Positions 25,399-37,337 of a DNA stretch of 64,000 nt are shown piece after piece; positions within the stretch are counted from its first letter, which is position 1; each line of letters starts with the position of its first letter. The DNA comes from Octopus bimaculoides (Eukaryota). A program made the translations under genes and the position numbers. The DNA is taken from assembly GCF_001194135.2 (NCBI RefSeq), contig NC_068995.1, positions 10,924,383-10,988,382 on the forward strand, given 5' to 3'. The notes below the pieces were generated by a model. It saw only the letters and a program-made list of their open reading frames with translations, was not told where the DNA came from and made no database searches.

Positions 25399-25429
<31 letters not shown>

Positions 25430-25464
25430 ATATGCTTTACACACATGAAAGCTCCCATCCTTGG

Positions 25465-25496
<32 letters not shown>

Positions 25497-25543
25497 TACT
25501 ATATATATATATGTGTGTGTATCTATATATATATACATACATA

Positions 25544-26416
25544 CAGAGTGCGGTGAGTAAACTGCCGTCTAAATTACACAAAAATGAAAATAACACTGAA
25601 ATCTCATTTTAACAGATATATTTATCAAAATTACATAAAAATATCTTGAAATACTAAAGAGTAAATTTATTCAATAAAACTGCCATTGGCTTCAACCACG
25701 ACCTCCAGAAGACTTTGGAATCTCCTGCAATTCTTCTGGACAGTCTCCTTGTTTAAGTTGGTGAATGCTGCCATAATCCTTGCCTTCAGTTCATCTTTGC
25801 TGTTACAAGGAGTTTAGTTGGTTTCTCACTCCCCTGTGCCCCACACATAATAATCAAGGGGGTTGCAGTCTAGGGGGTTAAGTGGCCAGATGTCAGGAGT
25901 GATGTGGTCGCAGAAATTGCCTGACAGCCATGACTGGGCTTTCCTGCTTGTGGGGCATGGTGCAGAGTCCTGTTGCCAGACATAGGGTCTTCCAGCAGCC
26001 ACCCTCTTGACTCAGGGCAGCACTACCTTCTCCAGACATTTGATGTAAGCCTGCATGTTGAGTCTGAGGCCACGTGGGAAGGTAAATGGAGGCATAATGT
26101 TGCCATCACTAGTAATCATTCCAAACACCATGATGTTGACTGGATGTTTGATTTTTATCACTCTCGGTACATGTCCTCAGATTGACACCCAAACACTCTG
26201 AAATGTTCATATTGGAGCTTCCTGTGCGAATGCAAAGCAGTACAGCTTGTTGTTTCCAAATTTCTGGCAGAGTGAATTGCACCATGGTGCTGTTTTTCTC
26301 ACAGATGGTGCTCAACTGACCCTACTATACTGTGTAGTCAACAAAATCAAAAACAAACAATGTGCTTGCACAAAATTATAAATATAAAATGGCGACAATT
26401 TACCCATCGCACCCTG
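25544..26416 (-). mobile_element. Internally deleted Tc1/mariner-superfamily element, DD37D (maT-type)
   Basis: TA-flanked TIRs cagagtgcggtgagtaaactgccg / cagggtgcgatgggtaaattgtcg; decayed transposase ...VWQQDSAP...IWPLNPLDCNPLDYYVWG with 37 residues between D2 and D3; in-frame stops. Confidence 0.92.
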
Positions 26417-26460
26417 TATATATATATAGGAAAATGAAAAATAATAACAAGGCAGAATGC

Positions 26461-27240
26461 TAAACTGGAAGCATAATTTAATAAAGATTTCTCTAACCGG
26501 CTTTGATTGCGAAGCAAATTTTCAAGAAGAGGGAGAATCAAAATGTTTTTTACAAAGAAGTACAAAATGAAGAAAATAATATATAAAAGAATAAATATAC
26601 CAGTACATTATATTGTCTTTGAGCTTTTGAAGTTCAATGGTAATCCATGTAGATAATGGTTGGAAAAATAAGGATGCATGAGCATTGAGAGTTGTGTTAG
26701 GTTTAAAAAAAGGGTTAAAAGTTTGTGTTAAGCAGGAAGTGTGGTGTCAAAACAGGAAGTGTGTGTAAGGGGAGACAAATGTTTTTAGTTGGAGTTATGA
26801 ACTCTTTTTTTCAACAGGAAGTTTATGTCTGTTCCTAGAGAAATAAGGTCACTGAGACATAAACTACCCGTTGAAAAAAAGAGTTCATAACTCCAACTAA
26901 AAACATTTGTCTCCCCTTACACACACTTCCTGTTTTGACACCACACTTCCTGCTTAACACAAACTTTTAACCCTTTTTCTAAACCTAACACAACTCTCAA
27001 TTCCCATGCATCCTTATTTTTCCAACCATTATATACATGAACTACCATTGAACTTCAAAAGCTCAAAGACAATATAATGTATTGGTATGTTTATTTTTTT
27101 ATATATTATTTTCTTCATTTTGTACTTCTTTGTAAAAAAAAACATTTTGATTCTCCCTCTTCGTGAAAATTTGCTTCNNNNNNNNNNNNNNNNNNNNNNN
27201 NNNNNNNNNNNNNNNNNNNNNNNNNNNNNNNNNNNNTTTA
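26461..27240. mobile_element. ~780-bp foldback (palindromic) element
   Basis: 26511-26830 is a close reverse complement of 26855-27177; 24-nt spacer; outer right arm falls in an N gap. Confidence 0.9.
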
Positions 27241-27987
27241 TATATATATATATATATATATATAGATGTATGTATGTATATACACACACATAAGTGCACC
27301 AAAAAGCCCATATTGAATTCACAAAACTACATGTATATGTCTGTGTGTGCGTACATAAGTGTCTATATTCATTTTATGGTTATGTATTTATACACATTTA
27401 TGCACACATATGGTCGTTAAAATGTATGCACAGACAAACATACGCATATATTCACACACACGCACACACACACATACACATGCACACATACACACATCTG
27501 TATGTGTTAATATATATATCTACTGGTAAGTTTGCATATGATAAATCAACTAAGAATATAAGTTAGCAAACAGAAATAAAATGATAGAAAGCGGTTAGAA
27601 TTCACTTATTATTCACACAAGGGTGTGTGTGGATGAGGGGCAGGTTTTTGTTTACATACATAACTACACACTCACACACACAGACACACACATATATATA
27701 TATATATATATATGTAGAGAGAGAAATTGAAAGGAGGAAGAGTGAGAGAAACAGAGGGCAAATGATAACCACACCTTAACCCCTAGCATAGACGTTGAGG
27801 CTACCTGTCAGTATTCTTAGCCTGGCTAAATGGTTAGAGTTACTGTTTGTTCTACAGAAATATGTAAGTAAATACACACACATATACATACCTATACAGA
27901 TACATGCACATATACATTCACACACACATATATATTTACACACATTCATGCATATATATACACATAGATACACAGATACATACAAAC

Positions 27988-28065
<78 letters not shown>

Positions 28066-28446
28066 TGCATATGTATAAATGTATATGTATATGAAAGTAA
28101 AAAGGTTTATATATATATATATGTACATGTATACACACACACATATACATATTCATAGATAGATAGCTTCATACGTACATACATATATACATACACTTGT
28201 ATATATGTACATACGCATGCATATGAACGTACACATACATTCATTCACGCAGACGTATACATATAAACACATATACTTGGCAATTTGTGTAGACTCTAAG
28301 GTATCAACTGCAGAAATTGAATAGATATACATTGTATATGGTGAGTCATATGTAAAATGTATTTGGTCTCAGTGTGAAATTCGACCCTACCACATTGTTG
28401 ATAAATGATAGAATTGATTACCTTTATTTATTTAGTTATCTCACTA

Positions 28447-28835
28447 GGTGGAGGCGCAATGGCCCAGTGGTTAGGGCAGCAGACTCGCGGTCATAGGATC
28501 GCAGTTTCGATTCCCAGACCGGGCGTTGTGAGTGTTTATTGAATGAAAACACCTAAAGCTCCACGAAGCTCCAGCAGAGGATGGTGGCGAACCCTGCTGT
28601 ACTCTTCCACCACAACTTTCTCTCGCTCTTACTTCCTGTTTCTGTTGTGCCTGTAATTCAAAGGGGCCAGCCTTGTCACACTGTGTCACGCTGAATATCC
28701 CCCAAGAACTACGTTAAGGGTACACGTGTCTGTGGAATGCTCAGCCACTTGCACGATAATTTCACGAGCAGGCTGTTCCATTGATCGGATCAACTGGAAC
28801 CCTCGACGTCGTAAGCGACGGAGTGCCAACAACAA
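28447..28835 (+). mobile_element. Full-length tRNA-derived SINE, family E, (CAA)n tail
   Basis: A box TGGCCCAGTGG, B box TTTCGATTCCC, CpG-retaining body, ends gtgccaacaacaa. Confidence 0.85.
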
Positions 28836-28879
28836 TATCTCACTAGGCAGTTTGAATTAGATTCTTCCCGTGTCGTGTA

Positions 28880-29135
28880 AACTTGTAGGGCCAGTCCTCC
28901 TTCCCACCCCGGTTTCCGTGGCGCATATATTGCTCCTTCCCGTACCCACACCCCAACTGGATGAGGTGCCGGGTCTGTTGCAGGATTACTCATTTTTACC
29001 AGTTGCGTGGACTGGAGCAATGTGAAAAAAAAATAGTGAAGTGTTCCGCTCAAGAACATGAGCCGCCCTACCCAGGAATTGAAACCACAATCTTACACTC
29101 CTCTGTCCAACGCCCTAACCACTAAGCCGTGCGCT
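28880..29135 (-). mobile_element. SINE related to 3527-3770
   Basis: Reverse of gcacggcttagtggttagggcgttgg...tttcaattcctggg...ttcttgagcgg. Confidence 0.75.
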
Positions 29136-29149
29136 CTCATCAGCTTGGA

Positions 29150-29397
29150 TTAACCATTTAGCATTTAAACCGGTCTTATCCAGCCATATCTAGCCAAATA
29201 TTCTACCTGTTTCATATTAAAACTGGGCAGATCCAGCCTCTCACACGTACCTTAGAATGTCATTCTAAAAATGAACAGTCATATCATCAAAATCTCACAG
29301 CAATGTGATAATGCATGATTAATAAAAAAAAAACAAAAAAAAAACAGAATATGTAACGAATACATTTGAACGAGTAATCTGAATACTAAAGGGTTAA
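29150..29397 (+). mobile_element. piggyBac-like (TTAA) MITE
   Basis: TTAAccatttagcatt...gaatactaaagggTTAA imperfect TIRs with TTAA on both sides. Confidence 0.75.
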
Positions 29398-30408
29398 GCT
29401 ATAATAAACCGTCTCCTATCTGTCCGGCACCAGTGGGGCTACAAAGTTGCTGGATAATTGAAATTTCCGGATATCTGATCATCATTATTTTTTTTATTCG
29501 TAAATTACCATAACACCTTACAATGACTCACCAAAGCTATATATATACATCAGGATTTGCCATTAATATTCTGAATACAATAGAAAGAGAAGAAAGATAG
29601 GAAGATATTTAAAAAAATGTAATTTAAGCAAAGAACAAGCTTTATTAACTTAATATAATACAGGTACTGGAAATGTAGTGGAATATAATTCTTGTGCTGT
29701 TCTTTGAGAAACAACGCTCCATTTTAGATATAGTAGAAACTTTCTTTTTTTTTAATGACAATTGATTAAAAGAAAATTAGCACTAATTCTCTTGACTCTA
29801 ATTGACATCATAGTCATCATCATCAACATCTTTTAAAATCTGTTTTCCATGCTGGCATGGGTTGGATGGAGAGAATGTATCTGAATAGAACAGATAAAAG
29901 CAGGGGTTGGCATTAGGAAGGGCATCCAACCATAGAAACCATGCCAAAGCAGACAACTGGAGTCTGGTGCAGCCTTCTAACTTGCCAGCTCCTGTTCATA
30001 CAAAGCTAAATAATGAATTTAGCCAGAAAGTCTCAATGTAGTACTTGAATAATTAGAAATAGCAACTAAACCCCTCAAAAATCATACTCCGCTGTCTTTA
30101 AAAAAAAAAAAAAAGAGGACAATTTAAATAATGTAATTGTTGATAATCAGAGAAGAAAGACAAAATGGTTGTAGTGAAAATGCTTTAGAACATAGGACTG
30201 TTTGAGCAGAAATGATCTGGGACGAAACAACTGCATTACAATATTGACAACAACATCAACAATAAAAACAACATCAGGCTAAATAAATTCTTTGCTCATG
30301 GTTATCATAAGCAAGAACAGGAAGTAATTAATGAAGGTCATATTATCAAAGGAACGCTAATGCCCTCTTTAGAGATAAAACTTGGTCCTACATGCAGTGA
30401 GTGTATAT

Positions 30409-30499
30409 AAGACTGGTGAGCTTGTTAACATTCCTGAATGGCGGTTTTCAGACATGTGCAGACGATCTGACACAATTCTTCACTGATATCTTCAATTAG
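30409..30499 (+). pseudogene. Short LINE (L2/Rex-like) ORF2 remnant
   Basis: With one frameshift translates to NIPEW..QTCADDLTQFFTDIFN*, resembling the recalled pre-RT motif IPGRVLK.CADQL..VFTDIFN. Confidence 0.4.
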
Positions 30500-31724
30500 G
30501 TTCTTTTTTGTTGCAAGCTCGCAAGAGGAGTCTCCTTGCAGTTAGTCAACTTGCTAGAAATAGCAGCTAAATTGCTTTCAAACCACATGTTATTGTCTTA
30601 GAAAAGTAATGCTGGATAATGTAGTCTTCGGGGTCCCAAACATAGGAAGAAAAAAATGGATGAAGCCCATCTTGGTCTACGTCTAAACACAGCCAATTTG
30701 ATTCAAAGAGGAATGAAATACCAGAGAAAGAAAGTATATAGGACGCTGTGATTTTCCTTTTCTTTTCTTGAGACAGTAGAATATGGTTTGCAGTGAGATG
30801 AAGGAGATTTGACTGTTGTTTCTAGCAGGCTGAGAAGGGGGGGGGCAGGAAAAAAGTGGGTAAGAGAGAGAGGAAGAAGAATGGATTCTAGTATTAGAGT
30901 GATACTTTATCGGTCCCCGAAAGAAGAGAAGGTGAAGTAGACTTCAGTGGGATTTGAACTCAGAGTACTGAGTACAAGTAGAGTGGAGAATGAGATGAAA
31001 ACCCACGCCACAAGACTTCTACTTGTTGCTCCAGCAACCCAGTCGACTTACAGCCTTGAATACCTGGAAGGCAACAAAGATTATTCTAAGACTTATGTCA
31101 ACGTAAGAGGAAGTTCAGAGATTTCAAGAACTTAGTTAATTCGTCTCAACTGAAGCATTAAATTCCAAGAATGGTAAAGCATCGTAGACATTCTCTTTCG
31201 TAATCCAAATAACATGACTTTGTTTGTGAAGAATGTCTGTGTGTCTTTGGGTACACAATGTAATAAATTAACCTCTCTGGATGAGCTGCTATCATATTAC
31301 ATCATGGGGCAGTAATTGTATTTTGTCTTTTAATTTTTTTTTTTTTTTTATTTGTTTCAGTCTTTGGACTGTGGCCATGCTGGGGCACTGCCTTGAAGGG
31401 TTTAGTTGAACAAATTGATTCATTCTGGTACTTATCCTATTGCAGAATGACAAAGATAAGGTGACATAAACAAACCAACACTGGTTATCAAGTGGTGGTG
31501 AGGACTAACAGACACACACACGCATATCTATCTATCCATTTATCTATCTACCTGTCAGTCTGTGTATATCTCTCTCCTATCTATCAATCTCTCTATCTCT
31601 TGGGAGGCAAAGTGGCAGAGTTCTTTCCGAGTGCTGGGCCTCACGGAGGCAATAACCAAGACCTTTGGCATTATGTCGTGCTTGAGAAGAAGATCCATCA
31701 AGCCAAGCAAAATCGCAGTCATGG

Positions 31725-31910
31725 AAGATACTGGTGTCACGTAAATGGCACCCGTGCCATTACACTCTCAGAGTGGTTGGTGTTAGGAAGGGCATCCAGT
31801 CGTAGAAAACCATGCCAAATTAGACAGGAGTCTGGTGCAGCCTTCCAGCTTACCAGCCCTGGTCAAACCGTCTAACCCATGCTAGCATGGATAATGGATG
31901 TTAAATAATG

Positions 31911-31915
<5 letters not shown>
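31725..31915 (+). mobile_element. Family D retroposon 3' part
   Basis: gtggttggtgttaggaagggcatccag...ctaacccatgctagcatgga. Confidence 0.8.
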
Positions 31916-31955
<40 letters not shown>

Positions 31956-33071
31956 AATTCACATAAATGAACAGTAAAATTAATAACAATAGCAAACAAG
32001 TGGACTTGAACAAGGAATGTATTATTTTTCATGTTCAGTAAAAAGAGCATAGCTTTTGTTTTTTATATATATTTCTTTAAATAAATGTTACTAGGAACTG
32101 TATAAAAAATTTATAAATTTTAATAACAAAATCTTTGAACTCTGTCAAGGGTTATACAAGCCCTAGTTGAGAACAACTGATATAGTGAAGTATTTGTTTT
32201 GTCTTGTGTTAGACCTGGTCATGCAGATTTATGAGGAAAGGCGCTTCAACATTGACCATCCTGTCTTAGATATTTATTGAATTATATTCTGGAACTATGT
32301 TGTTCACTGTCAACTTTTTTTCTTTTTCTTTTCTTGAAACAGTAGGGTGTGATTTGAGGTTTAGACTTAGGCTCTGAGGTGAGAGGAAAGAGATTTGGTT
32401 GTTGTTTCTAGCAGGCTGAGAAATAAGGCAGAGGGATCCCTGATTGCTGTCGGTTCTAAGTAGGGTAGGTGATAGACATCTGAGTTGAGTGCATAGAAAA
32501 TTACTTGCATTCCATTCCCGTCCATGGCGCGGGAAATTTAGCAGAGATATTTGTTATCTGCAGAGAGAGAGAGAGAGAGAGAGAGAGGAAGGGTGGGAAG
32601 GAGGTGGGGAGAGAAAATATGGTCTGTTCACAGACAGTAGTCCCAACCTCCACACCACCTCATACAGACTGTTTAACTTATGGGAATCATTAGATATAAA
32701 ATAAATGCAGGCCCAATGTAACACTCTTTCAATGAACAGCTAATCAGGGAGAGAAATTTATGCAGTCAGTTGATTTGCTAGAAATAGAAAGTGATGCCCT
32801 ACTGTCTTAAAGAAAGGAAAGGATGGGCGTATAAGTTGGAGAGTGTAGTTGTAGTACAAAGTGTGGAATGCTGCGATGGTTATAGATGTAAAGTTATTGA
32901 TCATTCACAGACCTACTTTGATATGACTGACATGGGGCTAAAATGACAAGAACAAGACTCAATTATTAATGAGTGCATGTGTGTATATACAGACATACAT
33001 ATATGTATGTTTTATATATATATATATGCCTAGATATATGTTATATACACACACATGCACACACACATCTA

Positions 33072-33140
<69 letters not shown>

Positions 33141-33142
<2 letters not shown>

Positions 33143-33492
33143 TTCTTGTGCGGGTGGCACATGAGATGCACCATTTTGAGCGTGGCCGTTGCCAGTACCG
33201 CCTGACTGGCTCCTGTAGGATTTTCGAGCGAGATCGTTGCCAGTGCCCCTGGACTGGCTTGTGCGGGTGGCACATAAAAGACACCATTTCGAGCGTGGCC
33301 GTTTTCGTGCGGGTGACACGTAAAAGCACCCACTACACTCTCTGAGTGGTTGGCGTTAGGAAGGGCATCCAGCTGTAGAAACTCTGCCAAATTTAGATTG
33401 GAGCCTGGTGTTGCCATCCGGTTTCACCAGCCCTCAGTCAAATCGTCCAACCCATGCTAGCATGGAAAGCGGACGTTAAACGATGATGATGA
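33141..33492 (+). mobile_element. Family D retroposon with internal tandem modules
   Basis: Three gtgcgggtg(g/a)cac modules followed by the conserved 3' tail and (GAT)n. Confidence 0.9.
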
Positions 33493-33799
33493 TAGATAGA
33501 TAGATACACACACACAGTCATAATGTAGTGCCAAAGCAACTATACAGTCTTGATAGTAAATCTATAACTAAACACTAACAACATGCTAAATTTTGCAATG
33601 CCATATATGTGTGTATGTGTTTGCAAGTGTATGTGTTTGCATTTATATAACAGACATGGATGTGTAGTCTGGAAGTGCAGGCATGTCTTTCTGGTATTCT
33701 ACAACAGTCTTCAGTTGACCAATATCTTGTCGGTGTATTTTAAGTCATAAACAGTACAAGCTCAGTGTGTGTGTGTGTGTATATGTTTATATATGATAA

Positions 33800-34017
33800 T
33801 AATCCTTTCTACTCTAGGCACAAGGCCCGGAATTTTTGGGGAGGAGGACAATCAATTAGATCGACTCCAGTATGCAACTGGTACTTAATTTACCGACCCC
33901 TGAAAGGATAAAAGGCAAAGTCGACCTCGGCGGAATTTGAACTCAGAACATATAAAGACAGACAAAATACTGCTAAGCATTTCGCCTGGCTTGCTAACAT
34001 TTCTGCCAGCTCGCCAC
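33800..34017 (-). mobile_element. Family B SINE
   Basis: Meta-like domain and tRNA head in reverse. Confidence 0.85.
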
Positions 34018-34027
34018 CATATATATA

Positions 34028-34181
34028 TCATCATCATCGTTTAACGTCTGCTTTCCATGCTAGCATGGGTTGGACGATTTGACTGAGGACTGGTGAAACC
34101 AGATGGCAACACCAGGCTCCAATCTAAATTTGGCAGAGTTTCTACAGCTGGATGCCCTTCCTAACGCCAACCACTCAGAGA
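34028..34181 (-). mobile_element. Family D 3' fragment, inverted relative to 33340-33492
   Basis: Only about 3 mismatches to the nearby plus-strand copy. Confidence 0.9.
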
Positions 34182-34399
34182 GTGATAATAATTCCATTTT
34201 AAAGGTGGAACTCGATGCAGATACAGCTATGAATAGTAACATGCACAATACTGAATTACAAAAAGACCTCTTGGATGAAAAAAGTTCATGGCTACCCAGG
34301 GACTTCAACTCACTTTATCTATGAACTTGACAGACTTTTTTCTTTGCCATTCAAGATATTTTAATCTACACCTTATTATTTATAGCATTATTGAAGGTG

Positions 34400-34855
34400 A
34401 CAAACAGGCAGAATCGTTGGCACACTAAATAAAATGCTTAGTGGCACACCACCCATCATCATGTTCTGAATTCAAATTCCACACAGAGGTCGACTTTACT
34501 TTTCATCTTTTAGGGGTCACTGAAACAAATACCAGTTGAGCACTAGGGCTGATGAAATTGACTTAACCCCATCCCCTGAAATTGCTGGCTTGGTGCCAAA
34601 ATTTGAAACCATTACTATTATTATTACAAAAATTGCGAAGGTATCAAGCTAGCAGAATTATTAACATGCTAGAGTAAATGCTTAATGGTATGTCACTTAT
34701 CTTTATGTCCTGAGTTTAAATGCTGTTAAGGTGGACCTTGCCTTTCACTTTTACAAGGTTGATGAAATAAGTACCAGTTGAGCACTGGGGTTGATGTAAT
34801 TGACTAGCCCTTTGCCCCAATTTTCAGGCCTTGGGTCTATAGTGGAAAGGCTTGT
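34400..34855 (+). mobile_element. Two tandem older family B SINEs
   Basis: Diverged ggcagaatcgtt...gaattcaaattcc...ttttaggggtc...aagtaccagttgagcactggggt. Confidence 0.75.
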
Positions 34856-34949
34856 TTATAGCTTTATCTAATGGTCTGACTTTAGAAAAACAAAAGCGAT
34901 TTCTTTGAAGTTTATAGATTTTTATGATATATATATATATAATGGAGGA

Positions 34950-35050
34950 GAGGTGAAGGAGTAGATATTTATTGCATTTGTTTACAGCTGTTTCATAACC
35001 TTGTTGAAACAACTGTAAACAAATGGAATAAACATCTACTTTTTCACCTC
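34950..35050. repeat. 46-bp imperfect inverted repeat with 9-nt loop
   Basis: 34950-34995 versus 35005-35050, 41/46 Watson-Crick matches. Confidence 0.9.
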
Positions 35051-35606
35051 ATTTCTCTTATCTATTCTATTTGTATACATTATGTCAACTGTTGTATCTC
35101 CTGGATTTTCAGAATGACGTTGAAGCTTATTCTTATCTCAACCATAGTCATTCTTGTTAGCCATGTACTTGGTGGAGAACTTAAAGTGAGATCTCTTTGA
35201 CTCTTCAAATCCCTAATTTTAACCACATGTGTGTGTGTCCGTGTGTCCCAGTGTGTGTGTGTATCTGAATGAATGTGTATATCCTGTGCTGCTCTTAAAA
35301 CATTTGTTCACATTTTCCCTGTCAGCAACTTGTCTGCTAGCTTTGAACTTTCATGTACAAGCGGAATGGACACTGCTTTATTTGAGAAGCACGTAAAGTT
35401 TAATGATATGAGGACTGTCAATATGTATTCATGTAACCCATGCCAGCATGGAAAAACAAATGTAAAACAAATACACAAACACAAGTATTTGCGCATGTAT
35501 GTGCTAACATTTAAACCACTCAACAACCAGTATTGTTTGTGTGGTCTTATAACTTAGCAGATTGACAAATAAAGATGGATAAAATAAATTATCAGGAATA
35601 AATATA

Positions 35607-35821
35607 TGAGGGGGTGCTGAAAAGTTCCTGGCTTTAAGGATATTGTGAAAGGCCTGACTGGAGGCCCAACCTTCTGAGTTCTTTTACAGGGCTTAGAAAA
35701 ACTGAAGGACCACTGCAATAAGTGTGTGAATCTGAGAGACGAATATATTGAATATATCAAAATTAACTTATTCTCTTGTATTTTCTTTTACCCAAAGCCA
35801 GGAACTTTTCTGCAACCCTTG
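35607..35821 (+). mobile_element. Mariner-derived MITE
   Basis: TIR gagggggtgctgaaaagttcctggcttt / aaagccaggaacttttctgcaaccct, TA-flanked; second copy reversed at 41195-41403. Confidence 0.85.
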
Positions 35822-35942
35822 TATGTAGTGGTGTGAATACGACTAACTAAACACTTGAAAGTTTCCATCTACCAAAATACAAATCTATATCTAAATCCAC
35901 TCCAAAGACTTTGGTTGGCCTGATGCTATAGAGCAGAAAACA

Positions 35943-36171
35943 TTGGGTTGTCCGGAAAGTTCGTGCCGATATATAGTAGCTTACCTTTTGACTTATTTGC
36001 CATGAAGCCACCTCAATTCTGGGAAGAGGGTATTTCCAAGTTAAAGGAAAGATGGAGATGCAGTGTGCAACAAAATGGTTCATATTTGGTTGATTAAAAA
36101 ATGTAATGGCAAGTATTTATTGAACTTTTTCTTTCCTTTAAAAATCGGCACAAACTTTCCGGACAACCCAA
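35943..36171 (+). mobile_element. Mariner-derived MITE (second family)
   Basis: 28-bp near-perfect TIR ttgggttgtccggaaagttcgtgccgat; internal KPPQFWEEGISKLKERWRCSVQQNGSYLVD* resembles a mariner C-terminus. Confidence 0.9.
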
Positions 36172-36453
36172 TACTTCTCAAGATTCCACACCACTGGATT
36201 GAAACTAAAATCATGTGAATGAGAAATGAGCTTCATAAAGACACACAACCACATCTGCACCTAAGTTAACCTCAGCAGAACTGAGGTCACAGAGTTGAGT
36301 TGAGATTACAGAGAGTCGGAATGTATGCCTTCAGGCTTTTTATTTGAAGTGTTAATGACTTGGATAATTCAGTGCCTCGAGTCAATTTGCTGGTTTTGCT
36401 GATCTGTACAAAGCATACAAAAGGAAACGGTTCAAACAATGATGAGGATGATA

Positions 36454-36626
36454 GGTGTGGCTGTATGGTAAGGAGCTTGATTCCCAACCACATGGTTCTG
36501 GGTTCAGTCCCACTGTGTGGCACCTTGGGCAAGTGTCTTCTACTAAAGCCTCGGGCCGACCAAAGCCTTGTGAGTAAATTTGGTTGACAAAAACTGAAAG
36601 ACTATTGCATGTATATACATACATAC

Positions 36627-36694
<68 letters not shown>

Positions 36695-36913
36695 GAGTGT
36701 GTAAACGTGCATGTATGCACATGTGTGTGTGTGTGTGTGTTGGTTCCCCACCATTGCTTGACAAGCAGTGTTGGTTTGTTTACATCCCTGCAGCTTGGTG
36801 CTTCTGCAAAAGTCGTCGAAAGAATAAGTATTAGGATTTAAAAAATAAATACTGGGGTTGATTTAACTAAACCGTTTAAGGTGGTGCTCCAGCATGGCCA
36901 TAGTCCAATGACT
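36454..36913 (+). mobile_element. Family A SINE, full length, expanded internal (AT)n
   Basis: tRNA head, ccttgggcaagtgtctt CORE-like segment, microsatellite cassette, tail. Confidence 0.9.
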
Positions 36914-36937
36914 ATACATACATACAAACATACATAT

Positions 36938-37337
36938 TCTTTTATTTGTTTCAGTCATTTGACTGTGGCCATGCTGGAGCACCGCCTTTAGTCAAGCAAA
37001 TCGACCCCAGGCCTTATTCTTTGTAAGCCTAGTACCTATTCTCTCAGTCTCATTTCTTCAACTGCTAAGTTGCAGGGATGTAAACACACCAGCATCGGTT
37101 GTTAAGTGATGTTGTGGGGACAAGCATAGATACACAAACATATACACAGACACATGCATATATATACATGTATATATACACACGACGGGCTTCTTTCAAT
37201 TTCCTTCTGCCAAATCCACTCACAAGTCTTTGGTCAGCCTGAGGCTATAGTAGAAGACACTCGTGCAAGGTACCACACAGTGGGACTGAACCTGGAACCA
37301 TGTGGCTGGGAAGCAACCTACTAATCACACACCCACT
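36938..37337 (-). mobile_element. Family A SINE, tail-to-tail with the previous copy
   Basis: Same modules in reverse. Confidence 0.9.
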
